From the human T2T-CHM13v2.0 reference genome, Homo sapiens, in assembly GCF_009914755.1 (NCBI RefSeq), contig NC_060930.1: a DNA stretch of 64,000 nt. One strand, 5' to 3'. The notes below the pieces were generated by a model that made no database searches, was not told the origin of the DNA, and saw only the letters and a list, made by a program, of their open reading frames with translations. Shown piece by piece: positions 12,982-28,205 of the stretch (positions within the stretch are counted from its first letter, which is position 1; the number at the start of each line of letters is the position of its first letter). The translations under genes and the position numbers were made by a program.

Positions 12982-14602
12982 ACACCCATCTTGTCCTTTG
13001 TCCCCCACTCGAGGACAGAGTGTGGCTGTGGCCTCCATTCTGACCCTGCTGCCTGCTGGCTGCCCTGGGACGATCAAATGGCAGCAGATGTCCTGCCTCG
13101 TTGTTGGCATTTTGCTCCAATTTGCTGGGCTTGATTGAAATCACTTCTTTTTATAGCAGTGTGAGATCTGGATTTTGTGATTAAGTGTGAAGCAGATTTC
13201 TCTCCTCAACAGTGAAAGATGCCCCGAGGTGCTGCAGAGTTAACTCGGATCCAGGCCCTTCTGGGGGCCAAGCCGCCCGCACCGGGAGAGCTGCGTTTCT
13301 TTCTTCAGCGTCCTGCCCTCCGTGGCTGCAGGATTTTCTTGGAAGGTGAAAGGCAGACATTTCGGGAGCCACTAACAGACTTCCTGAACCTTCACTGATG
13401 AGGAGTCAAACACTTCTGAGAGAGCGGCCGTGTGATCCAAAAAGAGGAGCCAGGATAAAGGAACAGATGGAGGCATGAGGTAAGTGCTTCTTAGCACTCG
13501 AAGAATCAGGAAGATTTTCAGAAACAGGAATTAGCAATCTGGAAGGAAAGCTCAGAATAACACGGTTGTTTCCTGCGCAGTGGAAGGCCTTGGGCTGCGC
13601 CTCCCTCCACCTGTGATCTGCGTTAACGGGCCCCTTGCTGCAGGTGTTGGCAGTGGTAGTTTTCTAGACGGAACCTCACACCCCCGAATGGCTGTCAGTG
13701 TGTGTGTGGAGACTCAGGAGTCACCTGTGCAGGGCTTGTGAGTTTCCTAGAGAAAGAGACGGACCATGTTCTCAAAACTGTGCCTCGAGTCCACTCCTTC
13801 TTCATGGGTGTGCAGGCGCAAAGCCACAACCTCCACCCTGCTCTCCCTCCTGTGTCTCTTCCCCCGGTGTCTGTGCAAATACGGGTGTCTTCGTGTCTAA
13901 GTGAGAGAGTCTTTGTGGGTCGACAGCACATCTGAGCTGTTGGTCACCTACAGCGTGCATAATGGCTGGCACTGGTCTCCCCTTTCTTGATATGGCAGCA
14001 GGTAAGCATCTTCGCTGGAGACACACTGCTGTCAAACGGGAGTAGGACCCCTGGCTCTAGCAGCCCTACTGGCTGGAATCACCAGCTTTGTGCCTGGAAT
14101 TTGGCTGCAGTAAAACACTCTTCTCTCCCGCAGAGAGGGCGGGATGGTGCCCACAGCCAGGGTGCCATGCAGCACGTTCTGGTTACACCTGCCCCAGATC
14201 ATCTGTGGATGGAGTGTGGGTGCTGATCCTTCATGGGGGTCCTCCTGGAGGCACTGCTCACAGCAGTGGATGAGCTCATTAACTTAAATGCATTTCACGG
14301 GTCGGTGCTTAGATTCTCCAACCACGTGACCCTGCTAATGAAGGCACCCTGCAATCAGAACAGAAGCTCTGGGTTTGGACTTGATGACTGTCATCCAGAG
14401 TGAGTGCCATCACAGGGGAGCAATGGGCCTCCTTGCAGGGCACCAGGGAAGCGGGACGATGTCAGAACCAGGAGCCAGTCAGCTCCCACTGCACCTTCTT
14501 CTCGCTCGCACATTCCTGCACCTTTTGCTGGAAGATATTTGTCATTTAGCTACCTGGAAGGGATGAGATGAGGACAAATGGGGCTTATAAAAGAAAAGTT
14601 AA

Positions 14603-14971
<369 letters not shown>

Positions 14972-16114
14972 TCAGTGAATGGGTGCTGAGCTGCCACGAT
15001 GGGTGTTTACCCCCCATTCAATCATCCTGCCACCCGCTGTGTTCCTTTGAACGCTCCCTTTCCCCTTCATCCAGGCTCTGATGGTGAGACTTCCTCTTAA
15101 CCAGAATCCAGAATGGTGGAGCGAATCTCCCAAAACCATTCAGCACTAGCCCAGTGGTCCCTCAGAAACCCTCGTTTTGTAGGGACAGCCTCAGCCTTAA
15201 GGACCCCCAACAGTCTCAGAATCAGAGGGGGTGCCTGGTCTCCCTCTGGGGGTGCTGCCATCCTCACCTGGGAGCCAGGGGCAGCCTGCAGCTCCACTCT
15301 CAGTGGAGGCAGCACGGAGTCATTGTGACGCAGAGTGAGGACACAGCCCTTGCCCTGTAACTCACGTGTTGAGAATTTTACAGATTATAAGGCCACGTCT
15401 CTACATCAGAGCTTCCACTCAGCCCTGGGGAGACCCTGCTGCTGGGGCCAGATCCAGCATGAGTGCCCACTCAGCACCCTGCAGCCAGGGGAGGCAGCAA
15501 GACTAAGCAGAATCCCATGGGCTCAGGCCAGTGGTTCTAGGAGCAATGATCCGGGGCTCCCTCAATATCTAAGAACAGAGAATCCCCCACATCACCAAAG
15601 GAAGGCAGTGCTGGCTTCGGAGCTTCTGTGCATTGGGCACAGAAAAGAAGGCATGGTTTCCCTGCTCCTGCTTTTCGAGGGGGTCACCCAAGACCTGGCA
15701 CAGTCCCCATTGTCCCTGAGGGAGGAGACAAAGCTTCACGCTGAGCACTTCCCAGCTATGTGCACTAGTGCGTGGCCCACCTCCTGACCCCACAGGCCAG
15801 AACATGGGAAAAGTCGGTATCAGGCAAGGGGTGTTTCCTCCCCAGAAGTGGAATGACGAGCGTGCCATTTGGCTCAAGAGTTTCAGGGCTGCAGTTGACT
15901 GAGGTTATCTGTGGACTTCATCACTGCTGTTGCCAACTGAGAATGTTTTGCAAGCTTGACTTTCACTGATCACTTAATATCAGACTTTCTGGGCCAACAG
16001 TGAATAAGAAGCTTTAAATGAGAAATCACTTTCTGTGTTTTTGAAGATGTTATTTTGTTCTGAGTTTAAATGAACTCTTTTGACATTTGGTTCAGCAGAG
16101 AGGAAGCAGAGATG

Positions 16115-16909
16115 TGTGACAGGACAACAAATCTTGGGGCCCCAAAATCACTAAGCTAAAGGGAAAAGTCAAGCTGGGAACTGCTTAGGGCCAACCTGCC
16201 TCCCACTCTATTCAAAGTCACCCTCTGCGGCTGGGCGCAGTATCTCACGCCTGTAATCCCAGTACTTTGGGAGGCCAAGGCAGGCAGATCACCTGGGGTC
16301 AGGAGTTCGAGACCAGCCTGAACAACATGGTGAAACCCCATCCCTACTAAAAACACAAAAAATTGGCCGGGCATGGTGGCGGGCACTGTAGTCCCAGCTA
16401 CTCAGAAGGCTGAGGCAGGAGAATCACTTGAACCCGGGACACGGAGGTTGCAGTAAGCTAAGATCGCACCATTGCACTCCAGCCTGGGTGACAGAGCAAG
16501 ACTCTGTCTCAAACAACAACAACAATGATGACGAAGCAAAGTCATCCCTCTGCTCCCTGAGATAAATGCAGATCTGATTGCCTCCTTTGGAGAGGTTCAT
16601 CAGAAACTCAAAACAATGCAACCATTTGTCTCTTATCTACCCCTGACCGGAAGCTCCCTGCCTGCTTCCAGTCTTCCCGCCTTTGCTTCCGGTTGTCCCA
16701 CCTTTCCGGACCAAACCAATGCTCATCTTGCATATATTGATTGATGTCTCATGTCTCCCTAAAATGTATAAAACCAAGCTGTGCTAGGACCACCCTGAGT
16801 ACCTGTGGTCAGGACCTCCTGAGGCTGTGTCACGGGTGCACGTCCTTAACTGTGGCAAAATAAACTTCCTAAATTCACTGAGACCTGTCTCAGTTATTCA
16901 GCATTCATG
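16115..16909 (+). mobile_element. MER4A1-like ERV1 solo LTR interrupted by an Alu
   Basis: 'aaatcttggggccccaaaatcactaagctaaagggaaaagtcaagctgggaactgcttagggc'; TATA 'tataaaa' ~16768, AATAAA ~16859; 4-bp TSD gatg. Confidence 0.88.
16229..16537 (+). mobile_element. AluS nested in MER4A1; tail decayed to (AAC)n/GAT triplets
   Basis: Full dimer; TSD aaagtca(t)ccctctgc on both sides. Confidence 0.95.
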
Positions 16910-18510
16910 GATGTGTGATGTCTCCTGGGTTCTCTGCGTTCCTACTCACCCCCTCCCCACGCCTCTCCACTGGTCTTGCTAGATGATAAATGATTGGCCT
17001 GCTCTAAGTCAGAATTTGCTCCCAGCCTCTGAGAGTTCCTCCCTCTCATCCACATGCACACTCTGAACTGAATGAGAGTGCCAGGACCTTCCCCCTGTTG
17101 TGTGGCAGTCTGTAATAGCAGTGTGCCATCTGCACCATCCGGGGAATCGATTTAAGGACCCGAAATAACCTGGTGTCATTTGCACTGTCATGATGTGCTG
17201 GTTGAAACTGCTGTGAGCTCTAAGCTTGGCTCCCGGTTTAAATAAAGCACCAGATTGAAGCATCTTCACTTTCTTTGCATTTACTGTCAATATCTCTAAG
17301 GGCCGAAGCTCAAATTTAAAATACCACACTTGGTCTGAAATCATCTTGATAGGATTAATTCATGTTTTTATCACTCTAAAGAAAATAATGTTGAAATATT
17401 CCAAATATAAAACTTAGGTAAAGAGAGAGGACCTTATTCACATCATCTTCCTGTTTCTCTGGGTTTGTTTACTAAGCTGTGTTACATCCTTGAAAGGGCC
17501 TTCCAATGTCTGATCGCTGAACTGCCTGCCTTAAGTCTGTAAGACTTTCGTGAGATACTGTCATCCTGATCCTTCACAGGCAGTGGGCGTATGGCCTGAG
17601 AGTCCATTTGCAGAAGCTGACCACAGTGAACAGAGTGGGAATGCTGGACACTAACTCACTCAACTGAAGTGTGAGCCGGGGGCCCCGCGTGACCCAGATG
17701 TCCAAACTGCAAACCTAGGAGATCCTCTAGCGCACACCTCCTGTGACAAAGGAATCCAGAAGCTTAAGGACTCTGCAGGAACTGTAGCTTCTGCCTGCTA
17801 CAACAAATCCCAGCAAGAGTTCGCTTAAAAACACAGATTAGAAATTATGAATATGCACCCCACGGGCCTTGATCTAAGAGGACAATTCAAATCTGACCCA
17901 GGTAAACAAAAGGCAGTGGCGAAGAATCCAGCAGTAAAAGCATTCCTAGGAAAAGACAGGCCAGAGTAGAACCTCCCCGTTCAAAGATGGATCCAACCCA
18001 GCAAGGAACGTGTAGAATGTTCCTGATCAGAAACAGAGGGGGGTGGGGACGGAGAGAGGGAGGGAGCAAGAGGGGGGAAGAGAAAGAGAAAGAGAAGGAA
18101 AGGGAAGGAGGGAGGAGAACAGAGGCTATCAGTATGACATGACAAACACAGGAATACAAAGTACTGTGGGAAAGAAGAGATACTTTTAAATAATACAAAC
18201 ATCAAGGCATAAGAGACAGAGTACTAGAAAAGGGAACATTAAACTAGTTTCAGACTTATCCTCAGCAATCACAATTGCCTAAAACAAAGAAACAAGTGGA
18301 AAGAGGGACCGCAGCCTCAAATCACACAGGCCGCCTGCATGATTTGTTGCATTTACATGAAAATGCAACAAAGTGACCTGATCAAATACACAAAAACTTC
18401 GGTATTATAGCACTCATGAAACCTTTTCAAACACCTTGATTTGAATAATGAAGTCAAATAAAACGAGTGAAAACAAAGAACTTCTACTTTTTTCTTCCTC
18501 TTCCTTTCTC

Positions 18511-18514
<4 letters not shown>

Positions 18515-18558
<44 letters not shown>
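18515..18558. repeat. (TC)n microsatellite
   Basis: ~22 perfect TC units. Confidence 0.95.
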
Positions 18559-18561
<3 letters not shown>

Positions 18562-18577
18562 AATATTTATTAGTTCA

Positions 18578-18890
18578 GGCTGGGTGCAGTAGCTCATGAC
18601 TGTAATCCCATCACTTTGGGAGGCTGAGGCAGGAGGGTCGCTTGAGGACAGTAGTTCAAGACTTGTCTGGGCAACACGGCAAGACCTCGTCTCTAAAATA
18701 ATAATTTAAAAATGAATTAGCTGGGCATGGTGGTGGATGCCTGTAGTCTCAGCTACTCAGGAGGCTGAGGAGAGAGGATAGCTTGAGCCCAGGAGTTTGA
18801 GACTGCAGTTAGCTATGATCATGCTACTGAACTCTAGCCTGGGTGACAGAGCAAGACCCTGGAGACCCTGTTCTAAAAAATATTTAAAAA
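18578..18890 (+). mobile_element. AluJ
   Basis: J-type right arm 'gcttgagcccaggagtttgagactgcagttagctatgatc'. Confidence 0.92.
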
Positions 18891-18892
18891 TA

Positions 18893-19178
18893 GGCTGGGT
18901 GCAGTGACTCATACCTGTAATCCCAGCACTTTGGGAGGCCGAGGCAGGCGGATCACGAGGTCAGGAGTTCAAGACCAGCCTGGCCAACATAGTGAAACCC
19001 CATCTCTACTAAAAATACAAACAATTAGCCAGTCTTTTTGGCAAGCACCTGTAATCCCTACTCAGGAGGCTGAGGGAAGAGAATCACTTAAACCAGGGAG
19101 GCGGAGGTTGCAGTGAGTGGAGATCAAGCCACTGCACTCCAGCCTGGGAGACAGTGCGAGACTCCATCTCAAAATAAA
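18893..19178 (+). mobile_element. AluS (Sg-like), in tandem behind the AluJ
   Basis: 'ggatcacgaggtcaggagttcaagaccagcctggccaac'. Confidence 0.92.
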
Positions 19179-19461
19179 CTCAGAGTTCCCTTACCTTCCT
19201 TTTTCTTCCTTGACGCAGTCAGGGTCAGAGGGCCTTGCAAAGCCGGAATCTCAGAGGTAGTCAGGACTAAGGAGAAGGTTCTAAGACCTATCAGACTTTT
19301 CTAAAAGACCAAAGGCTGTAAAAGGAATTCCATTTTAGAAGTGACTGAGATTGCTACCAAACCATTATCTTCTTCTGCCATGGGAACAGAGCTGGGGAGA
19401 GGACCTGGCTACAGAACTAGGATGCATTTCCCAAGCCCCTTGCTGCTATGGGAGATCATGG

Positions 19462-19793
19462 TGAGAGGCAAAGCCAGCTGGACTTACGGACCAATCAACA
19501 CTGTAAAATGGACCAATCAGCGCTCTGTAAAATGTACCAATCAGCAGGATGTGGGCGGGGCCAAATAAGGGAATAAAAGCTGGCCACCCCAGCCAGCAGC
19601 GGCAACCGGCTCTGGTCCCCTTCCACGTTGTGGAAGCTTTGTTCTCTTGCTCTTCACAGTAAATCTTGCTGCTGCTCACTCTTTGGGTCCACACCACCTT
19701 AAAGAGCTGTAACACTCACCGCAAAGGTCTGTGGCTTCATTCTTGAAGTCAGTGAGACCAAGAACCCACCGGAAGGAAGAAATTCTGGACACA
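19462..19793 (+). mobile_element. LTR12 (ERV9/HERV9) solo LTR with internal U3 deletion, set in old MLT1-like sequence
   Basis: TGAGAGG.AAGCCAGCTGGACTT start, CCAATC repeats, GC box, AATAAAAG, end 'ctggacaca'; perfect 4-bp TSD atgg (19458-19461 / 19794-19797). Confidence 0.92.
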
Positions 19794-20339
19794 ATGGGAT
19801 CCAGTGCTCACAGTGAAATACGAGGGAAACAGTACAACCTCTGCTCACTTCCTTAAGAGGGAGGCTCTGGCCTTCCCATTGGAAGCCACGTGTTGAAGGT
19901 GGTGGAGCTGCCATCATCCAGGTTGTCTTGATGGCTTCTGGGAGCAGAGCTACCTGCAATTCTAGAACATTACCTTGGACTGTTCATTGAGATGTAGATA
20001 TTTTTGTTGCTGTTGTACTTTAAGTCCTAATTGTGGTAGATCATTTGATTATGTCAACTTTAATTTTTACCCTATATAGAGGAAAAAAATTAACACCATA
20101 AACTGCACATGACTTTTCTCTTAATCCAAGGGAATTACAACCAGGAACTTAAACATGTCACTAGGTTGGAGGAGAGCCCCTAAAGATAATTCTCCAGATT
20201 TACATTTTTTTCCTTGAGAAAACGTCGTTCTTCCATCCTCTGCTTTGCAAACATTTTTGGATAGATCCAGCCCCTGCCCAGGAGAGTTGGCCAGCTCCAT
20301 GACTCATGTTCCCAGATCTGATTGATGGCACCTAAGAAA

Positions 20340-21750
<1,411 letters not shown>

Positions 21751-22314
21751 AGAATGAGGTGGTGGTGGGAAGTCCACAAACACGAAGAACACGAGAAATA
21801 CACGCAGTCGCCACTCACCAGGTGAGACCGCCGTGGTCTCCTGTTGCTGCACACAGAGGCACCGTCTGGAAGGAGCTTTCTGGGCCTCATCACAGATTCG
21901 GCAGTGGCAGATCTGACTGGGAACCAGCGAAATCATTGCCCCGGGGTTTCTCACTCAGACGGTCTAAAGACCATGCTTTGAGAAACACTGCTGAAACATG
22001 AAAGAAACAGTCTCTGTCCTTCGTTTGCAAGGCCTTCCACTCACAATAAAATCCGTATTTCACACAATTATGCAGAATGATGCTCATTTAATGAGTTAAT
22101 TCTCACCCCCCTCCCAGTAGTGTGGCCCCATTAGTCTCAGTGGGCCTGTTGGGAGTAAAAGCCGTGGCCTCCTAAAAGCTGCAACCATAGACCAAGACCA
22201 AGCTTTCTGCTTCCTTATAAAGGCCTACCTCAACTCCCCGCCCCTTCCCATCCTCTGATGGGGGAGGGCAGGGCAAGGTGGGCGTGGAGCCTGGGGGTGC
22301 ACGCTCACGCACAT

Positions 22315-22830
22315 CTCTATGACCAAGCAACTTCACTCCTGAGGATTCGTCCAAAGAAATATTCACGAAGTCCACAAGGATTTACAGACAAAGATCTCTA
22401 TTGTAACATTGTCTGTAATAGCAAAAATTGGAAAGAACCCAAATGTCAATCAACAGGGATTTGGTTAAATAAATCATGGTAGAGCCATGCAAGGCAGCCA
22501 TTAAAAAGAATGAAATAGATCAATAGGCATTGATGTGCAAAGAAGTCTGAGACATATTATTAAGTTAAAAAAATGTGCCAGAGCCATATGTAGAGCATGA
22601 TCCAGTTCTTATAAGGATGAACTCATGTGCCACCTTTGTCTCAGAACAGGCAGCGAGAAACAAAACGTGAAGGGTGTTTACCAGGCTCTGGCTCGAGGGG
22701 CAGTGGAGATGATGGAAGTATTTAATTTCTGATCTTTTTCCATTTCTCCACTGTTTAGGTTTTTTTGTTTGATATTTTTAACTAGGCTGTATTTCTTTTA
22801 CGGACAGGAAAAAAGCAATAAAGAGTTTTT
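22315..22830 (+). mobile_element. L1ME-type 3' remnant
   Basis: 'ctatgaccaagcaacttcactcctg...aattggaaagaacccaaatgtcaatcaacagggatttggttaaataaatcatgg'. Confidence 0.7.
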
Positions 22831-23869
22831 TAATGTAAAGTTATCTTTATATGAGTTTTTAAAATTGCTATTGTTCTTTGTAATAAGAAGGGATTTATCC
22901 TGACACTTCTGGCTATATGTGATCTGTTTCTCTACTGAGAATCTTCATCTTCAGGATTATTGCTGTTACACGAACCAGCAGGGCCACATTCTCCCTTTCT
23001 TTTCTCTCTCTTTTTTCTTTTTTTCTTTTTCTTTTTTTTTGGACTTTTATTTGTAGGGGGAGGAGTATGGGCTGTGAAAGACACATTTGGCGAAGGATTC
23101 TTTTTGTTTTGGCAAAGAATTACTTTTTATCATATACTACAGGGTATCTTTTTCAAACAAAGCACTCAGAAATGCAAAACTAATTTCATTTATTATAAGA
23201 TTTGTGCACACATGATCTATACTGACAGGAAACACTGAGATAATCGAAATAACTTCTTTATATCCTTCACAATCCTTACACAACATTCACATCCCACGAA
23301 AACCTTTGTTTCATGAATGAATCACAGAATATTCTCTCGGTGATGGCAAGTCAGTGCCGTGGGTCCGTGAGTGTTGGCAGAGCTGCACCTCTGAGGGCTG
23401 TCTCCAGGCGGCCACTCTGGAACTGCTGGCCGCTCTCCTCCTTTCAATCACACCATCTGGCTGCACTCGGAGCATCTGTTCTGAGCTGCAGCCTCAGGGC
23501 GGTGGCCTTGCCCCTGCCATCGTGGTGTGCCATCTCCTCCTGTCTGTTCTTTTAATATTTTAAAGAGAGCCATTGATTTTCAGCAGGAAAAGGCTTTTCG
23601 CTTTTCTACTTTCCTGAGCAATAAGCTAGGTGCAAGGGCAGAAATTTCTTTAAAGTGAGGTTCGAAGGCTGTAAACAGGTCTGTGTCCAAACTACCAGCC
23701 TCCAGTTCCTCTGCCACCGGAGTCCATCCTACGGGTCAGGGCAATGAGGTCTCAGGTGCCTCAGAGCTCACAGACCCTCGTAAGGAGTTCCCCGGCCTGT
23801 GCCCATCCCTACCCAGGGAACTGCAGGAGGGTAGAAATTGTTACCCATTTGGAGCTCTTTTCACCTCCT

Positions 23870-24060
23870 AGGCACTTTGTGGTCACTATTTAATGTAACA
23901 CCTACACCATAAGAGAATTACAATTTCCCCTCCTTTCCAGATGAGGGAGTTGCGAATTAGGGCAATTAGAAGGCTTGCAGAGGTCACATGGTCAGTCTAC
24001 ACCGCAGCTGAGGTTTGAACCCAGGCTGTCTGTTTTTGGGTACCAGATGCTTAACCACCA
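23870..24060 (-). mobile_element. MIR
   Basis: 'tttccagatgaggga...gaggtcacatgg...ggtttgaacccaggctgtctg...cttaaccac'. Confidence 0.7.
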
Positions 24061-24751
24061 GGCCCCGGGGATGGGTTGGTGGGTAGCCTGGAAGAGGACT
24101 AGTAAAAAACCACTTGCTCTCAGACGGGGATGCTCCAGCCTGGATCAGCCACTAAGCGACCCAAGGCAGAAGCAAGAGGCACCTTTAGGAGAAACACGCG
24201 AGTCCCAGGAGATGTCATGGCACCCGTGGGAAGAGCTGGGCGGTGTCATGGAGACCATCACAGCACTGCGAGGGCAGTGTGGGGAGCCCAGCATGTGGGG
24301 GCTGCAGTGGCCCCCATCGCGCCTCCATCTATGTCACTCAACCACCATGATGGCCTGCGTGTCAGGCAAGAGCAGGCGGGGAGAGGAGAACCCTCTGCTG
24401 GTAGAGGGTCTGACATCAACAGGGCCACACGTCCCCTGCCAGGCAGCAATATTCCCCACCAGGCAGGAACAGGCTGTGTGTGCCCGCAGCTGAGTACCAT
24501 GGGGCAGTGTCCAGAACCTGTCCCCACCAGCCCGGATGCCGTGCCTCCAGCCCCTCCCTCTGCAGCAACCAGGTCTAGGGTCTAGGACACAGTCCATCCC
24601 CCAAGCACTGGACGGCCTGCAGGGCAATACGACGTGGAGCCTGCTCTGCAGAACCAACTCTTCCTGCAAGCAGCCCAAAGCCTGGAGCTGGGAGACTGTA
24701 GACGGCCCCCTCCCTGGCTGCTGTCTAGATTCCCAGATCCAGCATGAAAGC

Positions 24752-24884
24752 AAGGCCCCACGCTGGGGGCTCTATGGCCCCAGACGGAAAGGCCCCACGC
24801 TGGGGGCTCTATGGCCCCAGACGGAAAGGCCCCACGCTGGGGGCTCTATGGCCCCAGACGGAAAGGCTCCACGCTGGGGCCTCT
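24752..24884. repeat. 37-bp minisatellite, ~3.6 copies
   Basis: Unit aaggccccacgctgggggctctatggccccagacgga at 24752, 24789, 24826; partial at 24863. Confidence 0.95.
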
Positions 24885-25909
24885 GCCACACTTGCCCTGT
24901 GAGTAGAGCTGGGTCCCCAGCCTCCACTGTCCGCTTCTTCCCCAACTAGAACACAGACGGAGGGGATGTGAGAAGTCTCCCCCCAGCTGCAGCCACAGGG
25001 ACCACTTCTTCCTGCTGACAAAACCAAGATTGTGTTCAAATTCCTACCCATCCTCGCACCCTCTCATCTTGTGGGGTTTCCTCCCCCAGCTGCAGGGAGG
25101 CCAGCTGGATTAGCCTGACTGGCTGGTCCCCAGCCTGGCACACATCAGAAACATCTGGGGACCTGGCTTCAAGTGGACTGCAGGGCCCACTCCGAGCTCT
25201 GTGGTGCGGGGGCTGCGGTTCTAACACGCTGTGCTCTGGCAGAGCCACAGCCATGCAGCTCAGCGCCTGACGGTGCCTCCTCTGAGGAAAGTGCTGGGTC
25301 CTGGGTGAGGACGGGGCTCACATCAGCCCAGTCGGGCTAGAGAGAAGGACTCAGGTTCCCTGTGGCTGGGGCTGAGTCCTGTCTCTGACACCACCCAAAG
25401 CTTCTTCTCATCTCTGACTGCAGGAGCCAGCCTGGGGACAAAGCTGGCCCTGGGACAGCAAGGGTGGGGAGAGGAGCCCAGCCTGATGCCACGGCTCAGC
25501 CCTGGCTCATCCCCCTCCCACGGTGACACCCGCCCTGTGCTTCCTGCTTCCTGGTGTGTGAAGTAAGACATTTCCTCTTTTCTTTTAAAAGCAGCTTGAG
25601 TCAGAGTTTCTGTCTCTTGTAGCTGAAAGCACCACCTATTTCCTTTCATGGCTAAAATCCATTTACCCGCAGTCCTAGAACCAAAAAATCCAGCACACGA
25701 CCGCTGGAGGAAACTGGAGTCAGCCACAGACCTTCCTCCGCACCTCGCGGTGGAGGGGACCCTGGATGAGGGGCCATCCCCAGGGAGCTTCCAGGAGCCT
25801 GTGTCTTCGGGAACAGAGCGCCAGTCAGGGTCATAAACCCTCATGTTTTTGTTTTAAGTTGTCCTTCAGAACCATTAGTACAAGGAAATGTTATCTTCTA
25901 GGCCTATTA

Positions 25910-26135
25910 GGAGATTAGGGGGAAAAAAGTACTGTATTTTAAAAGAAAGTACTGCAGGTCCGTGATTTGGTAGTTACTTTTACTTAAGAAAAAATGTTAT
26001 ACTGAGTTTTTAAGTTGAAAAGTGAATTAACTTAAAAAAGTATAAGGTAAATAATGCTGTATGTGGTAAGAAAATACAGCTAAAATTATGGTGATGGAAA
26101 AAAAGACTAAAGTTGGAGAATTGTAGAGCATGAAT
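25910..26135 (-). repeat. Left arm of a ~225-bp inverted repeat (inverted copy of 27383-27608)
   Basis: Manual alignment with the reverse complement of 27383-27608, roughly 85% identity. Confidence 0.9.
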
Positions 26136-26674
26136 ATCACATCATAGATGATTGTGTGTCCCCTGTGGAAATGAGACTAGGGGCTCCCAAATAAGGAGCT
26201 GTGGAGAGCAGTGCGAATGCATCTCGCCTCGCCTTTACCTATCCCAGAGTCAGTGTGAGGAAGCGACTCGCAAAATACTCTCAGCACTCAGGAGAAAAGA
26301 GTCACACACAAAACATGCAGGTGAAGATGGCCTCAGGTTTCCACTGTGCAGTGCTGGGCACCAGAGCCCGATGAACAGCAGAGTCCAGGGAGGAGGGAAA
26401 ATGTGGTCCTCAGGGCCCAGCACAGGCAAATCTTCCTCCCTGTGTAGACAGGCTTGTATGTTTGACATCGCGTTCTTGCCTGCTGGTCAATAAAGAGAAC
26501 TTAATCAAAAGCGTAGGAATTATGTCAAATATGCAAGAGCATACAAAGTATACACCTTCCTGGGAAAATGAACTGCAAAATACATTCAGTCAACTGAGAT
26601 AAGAAGCAAAGATTAGCTCAAAAATGTAAAAGTCCCGCTATAGAAATGTTGGCCAAGTCCCCAGAGACTGGTTA

Positions 26675-26965
<291 letters not shown>

Positions 26966-27392
26966 CTATTTATGATACTCAGTTCCTATAAAATCTACAA
27001 AATAAAAATTTGGCTAAAGAAACGATCAGGAACAGGAACCCCGGATTAAATGAGTACAAGGCCAGACGGGGAGCACGGGAGCGTGAGGAGAGTAAATGTC
27101 CTTCCGCGGCCTTTCTCCCAAAACACACACACACACCGCGTCTCATGGAGTGGTATTTCACAAATACGTTAGGTAATTATTTTGAAAAGCTTAAACATAC
27201 ACAGTCGTGTAACTTTAAATAAGCTGTGTGATGTTGTAAAATGACAAAGATAGTGACGGCAGAGAATATAGCCCATTCACAAATGCCAGAGTAAGATATG
27301 CCACATGGTACCCTAAAGAAAAAAGACTCAAAAAAAGATGCATGATGTGGAAAATAAGCTCTTCGGTTCGAGAGTATGTTTGATTCATGCTC

Positions 27393-27694
27393 TCCAATTC
27401 TCAAGCTTTAGTAACTGTTTTCTATCACCATACTTTTAACTATGTTTTCTTACCACATACAGTGTTATTTACCTTATGCTTTTTTTAAGTTGACTCACTT
27501 TTCAACTTAAAAACTCAGCATAGCATTTTTCTTAAGTAAAAATAATTACCAAAGCATGGGCCTGCAGTACTTTCTTTTAAAATATAGTACTTTTTTCCCC
27601 TAATATCCATTAAAATCAAACTATTCTGCATGCATTACCTGAAATGATTTCTCAAAACACCAATGATATGTCTTCCACACCTGGGAAACACTTG
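27393..27694 (+). mobile_element. Old hAT-Charlie element (Charlie18a-like); its left ~215 bp is the right arm of the inverted repeat
   Basis: End 'cacacctgggaaacacttg'; internal 'ttatttacc...ttaagttgactcactttt'; 8-bp TSD tcatgctc/tcaagcac. Family name from recall. Confidence 0.65.
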
Positions 27695-27744
27695 TCAAGC
27701 ACTTAATAAATAGTACTTGATAAGTTTAACTTATTTGCTTTCTA

Positions 27745-28080
<336 letters not shown>

Positions 28081-28205
28081 GGAAAACCATGGTTTTAGCA
28101 ATTATGAGGCTTTTGAAATCTAAAGCTTTAAAAGCAGAGCCGACAATCAACCATTAAGAAGAGTAAGATGCTAAAAATTCACACACAAACACTTATACTG
28201 AAATA

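Noticed and set aside
11580-13144. Cys/Val- and His/Thr-rich ORFs
   Set aside because: Translation of the TG low-complexity block.
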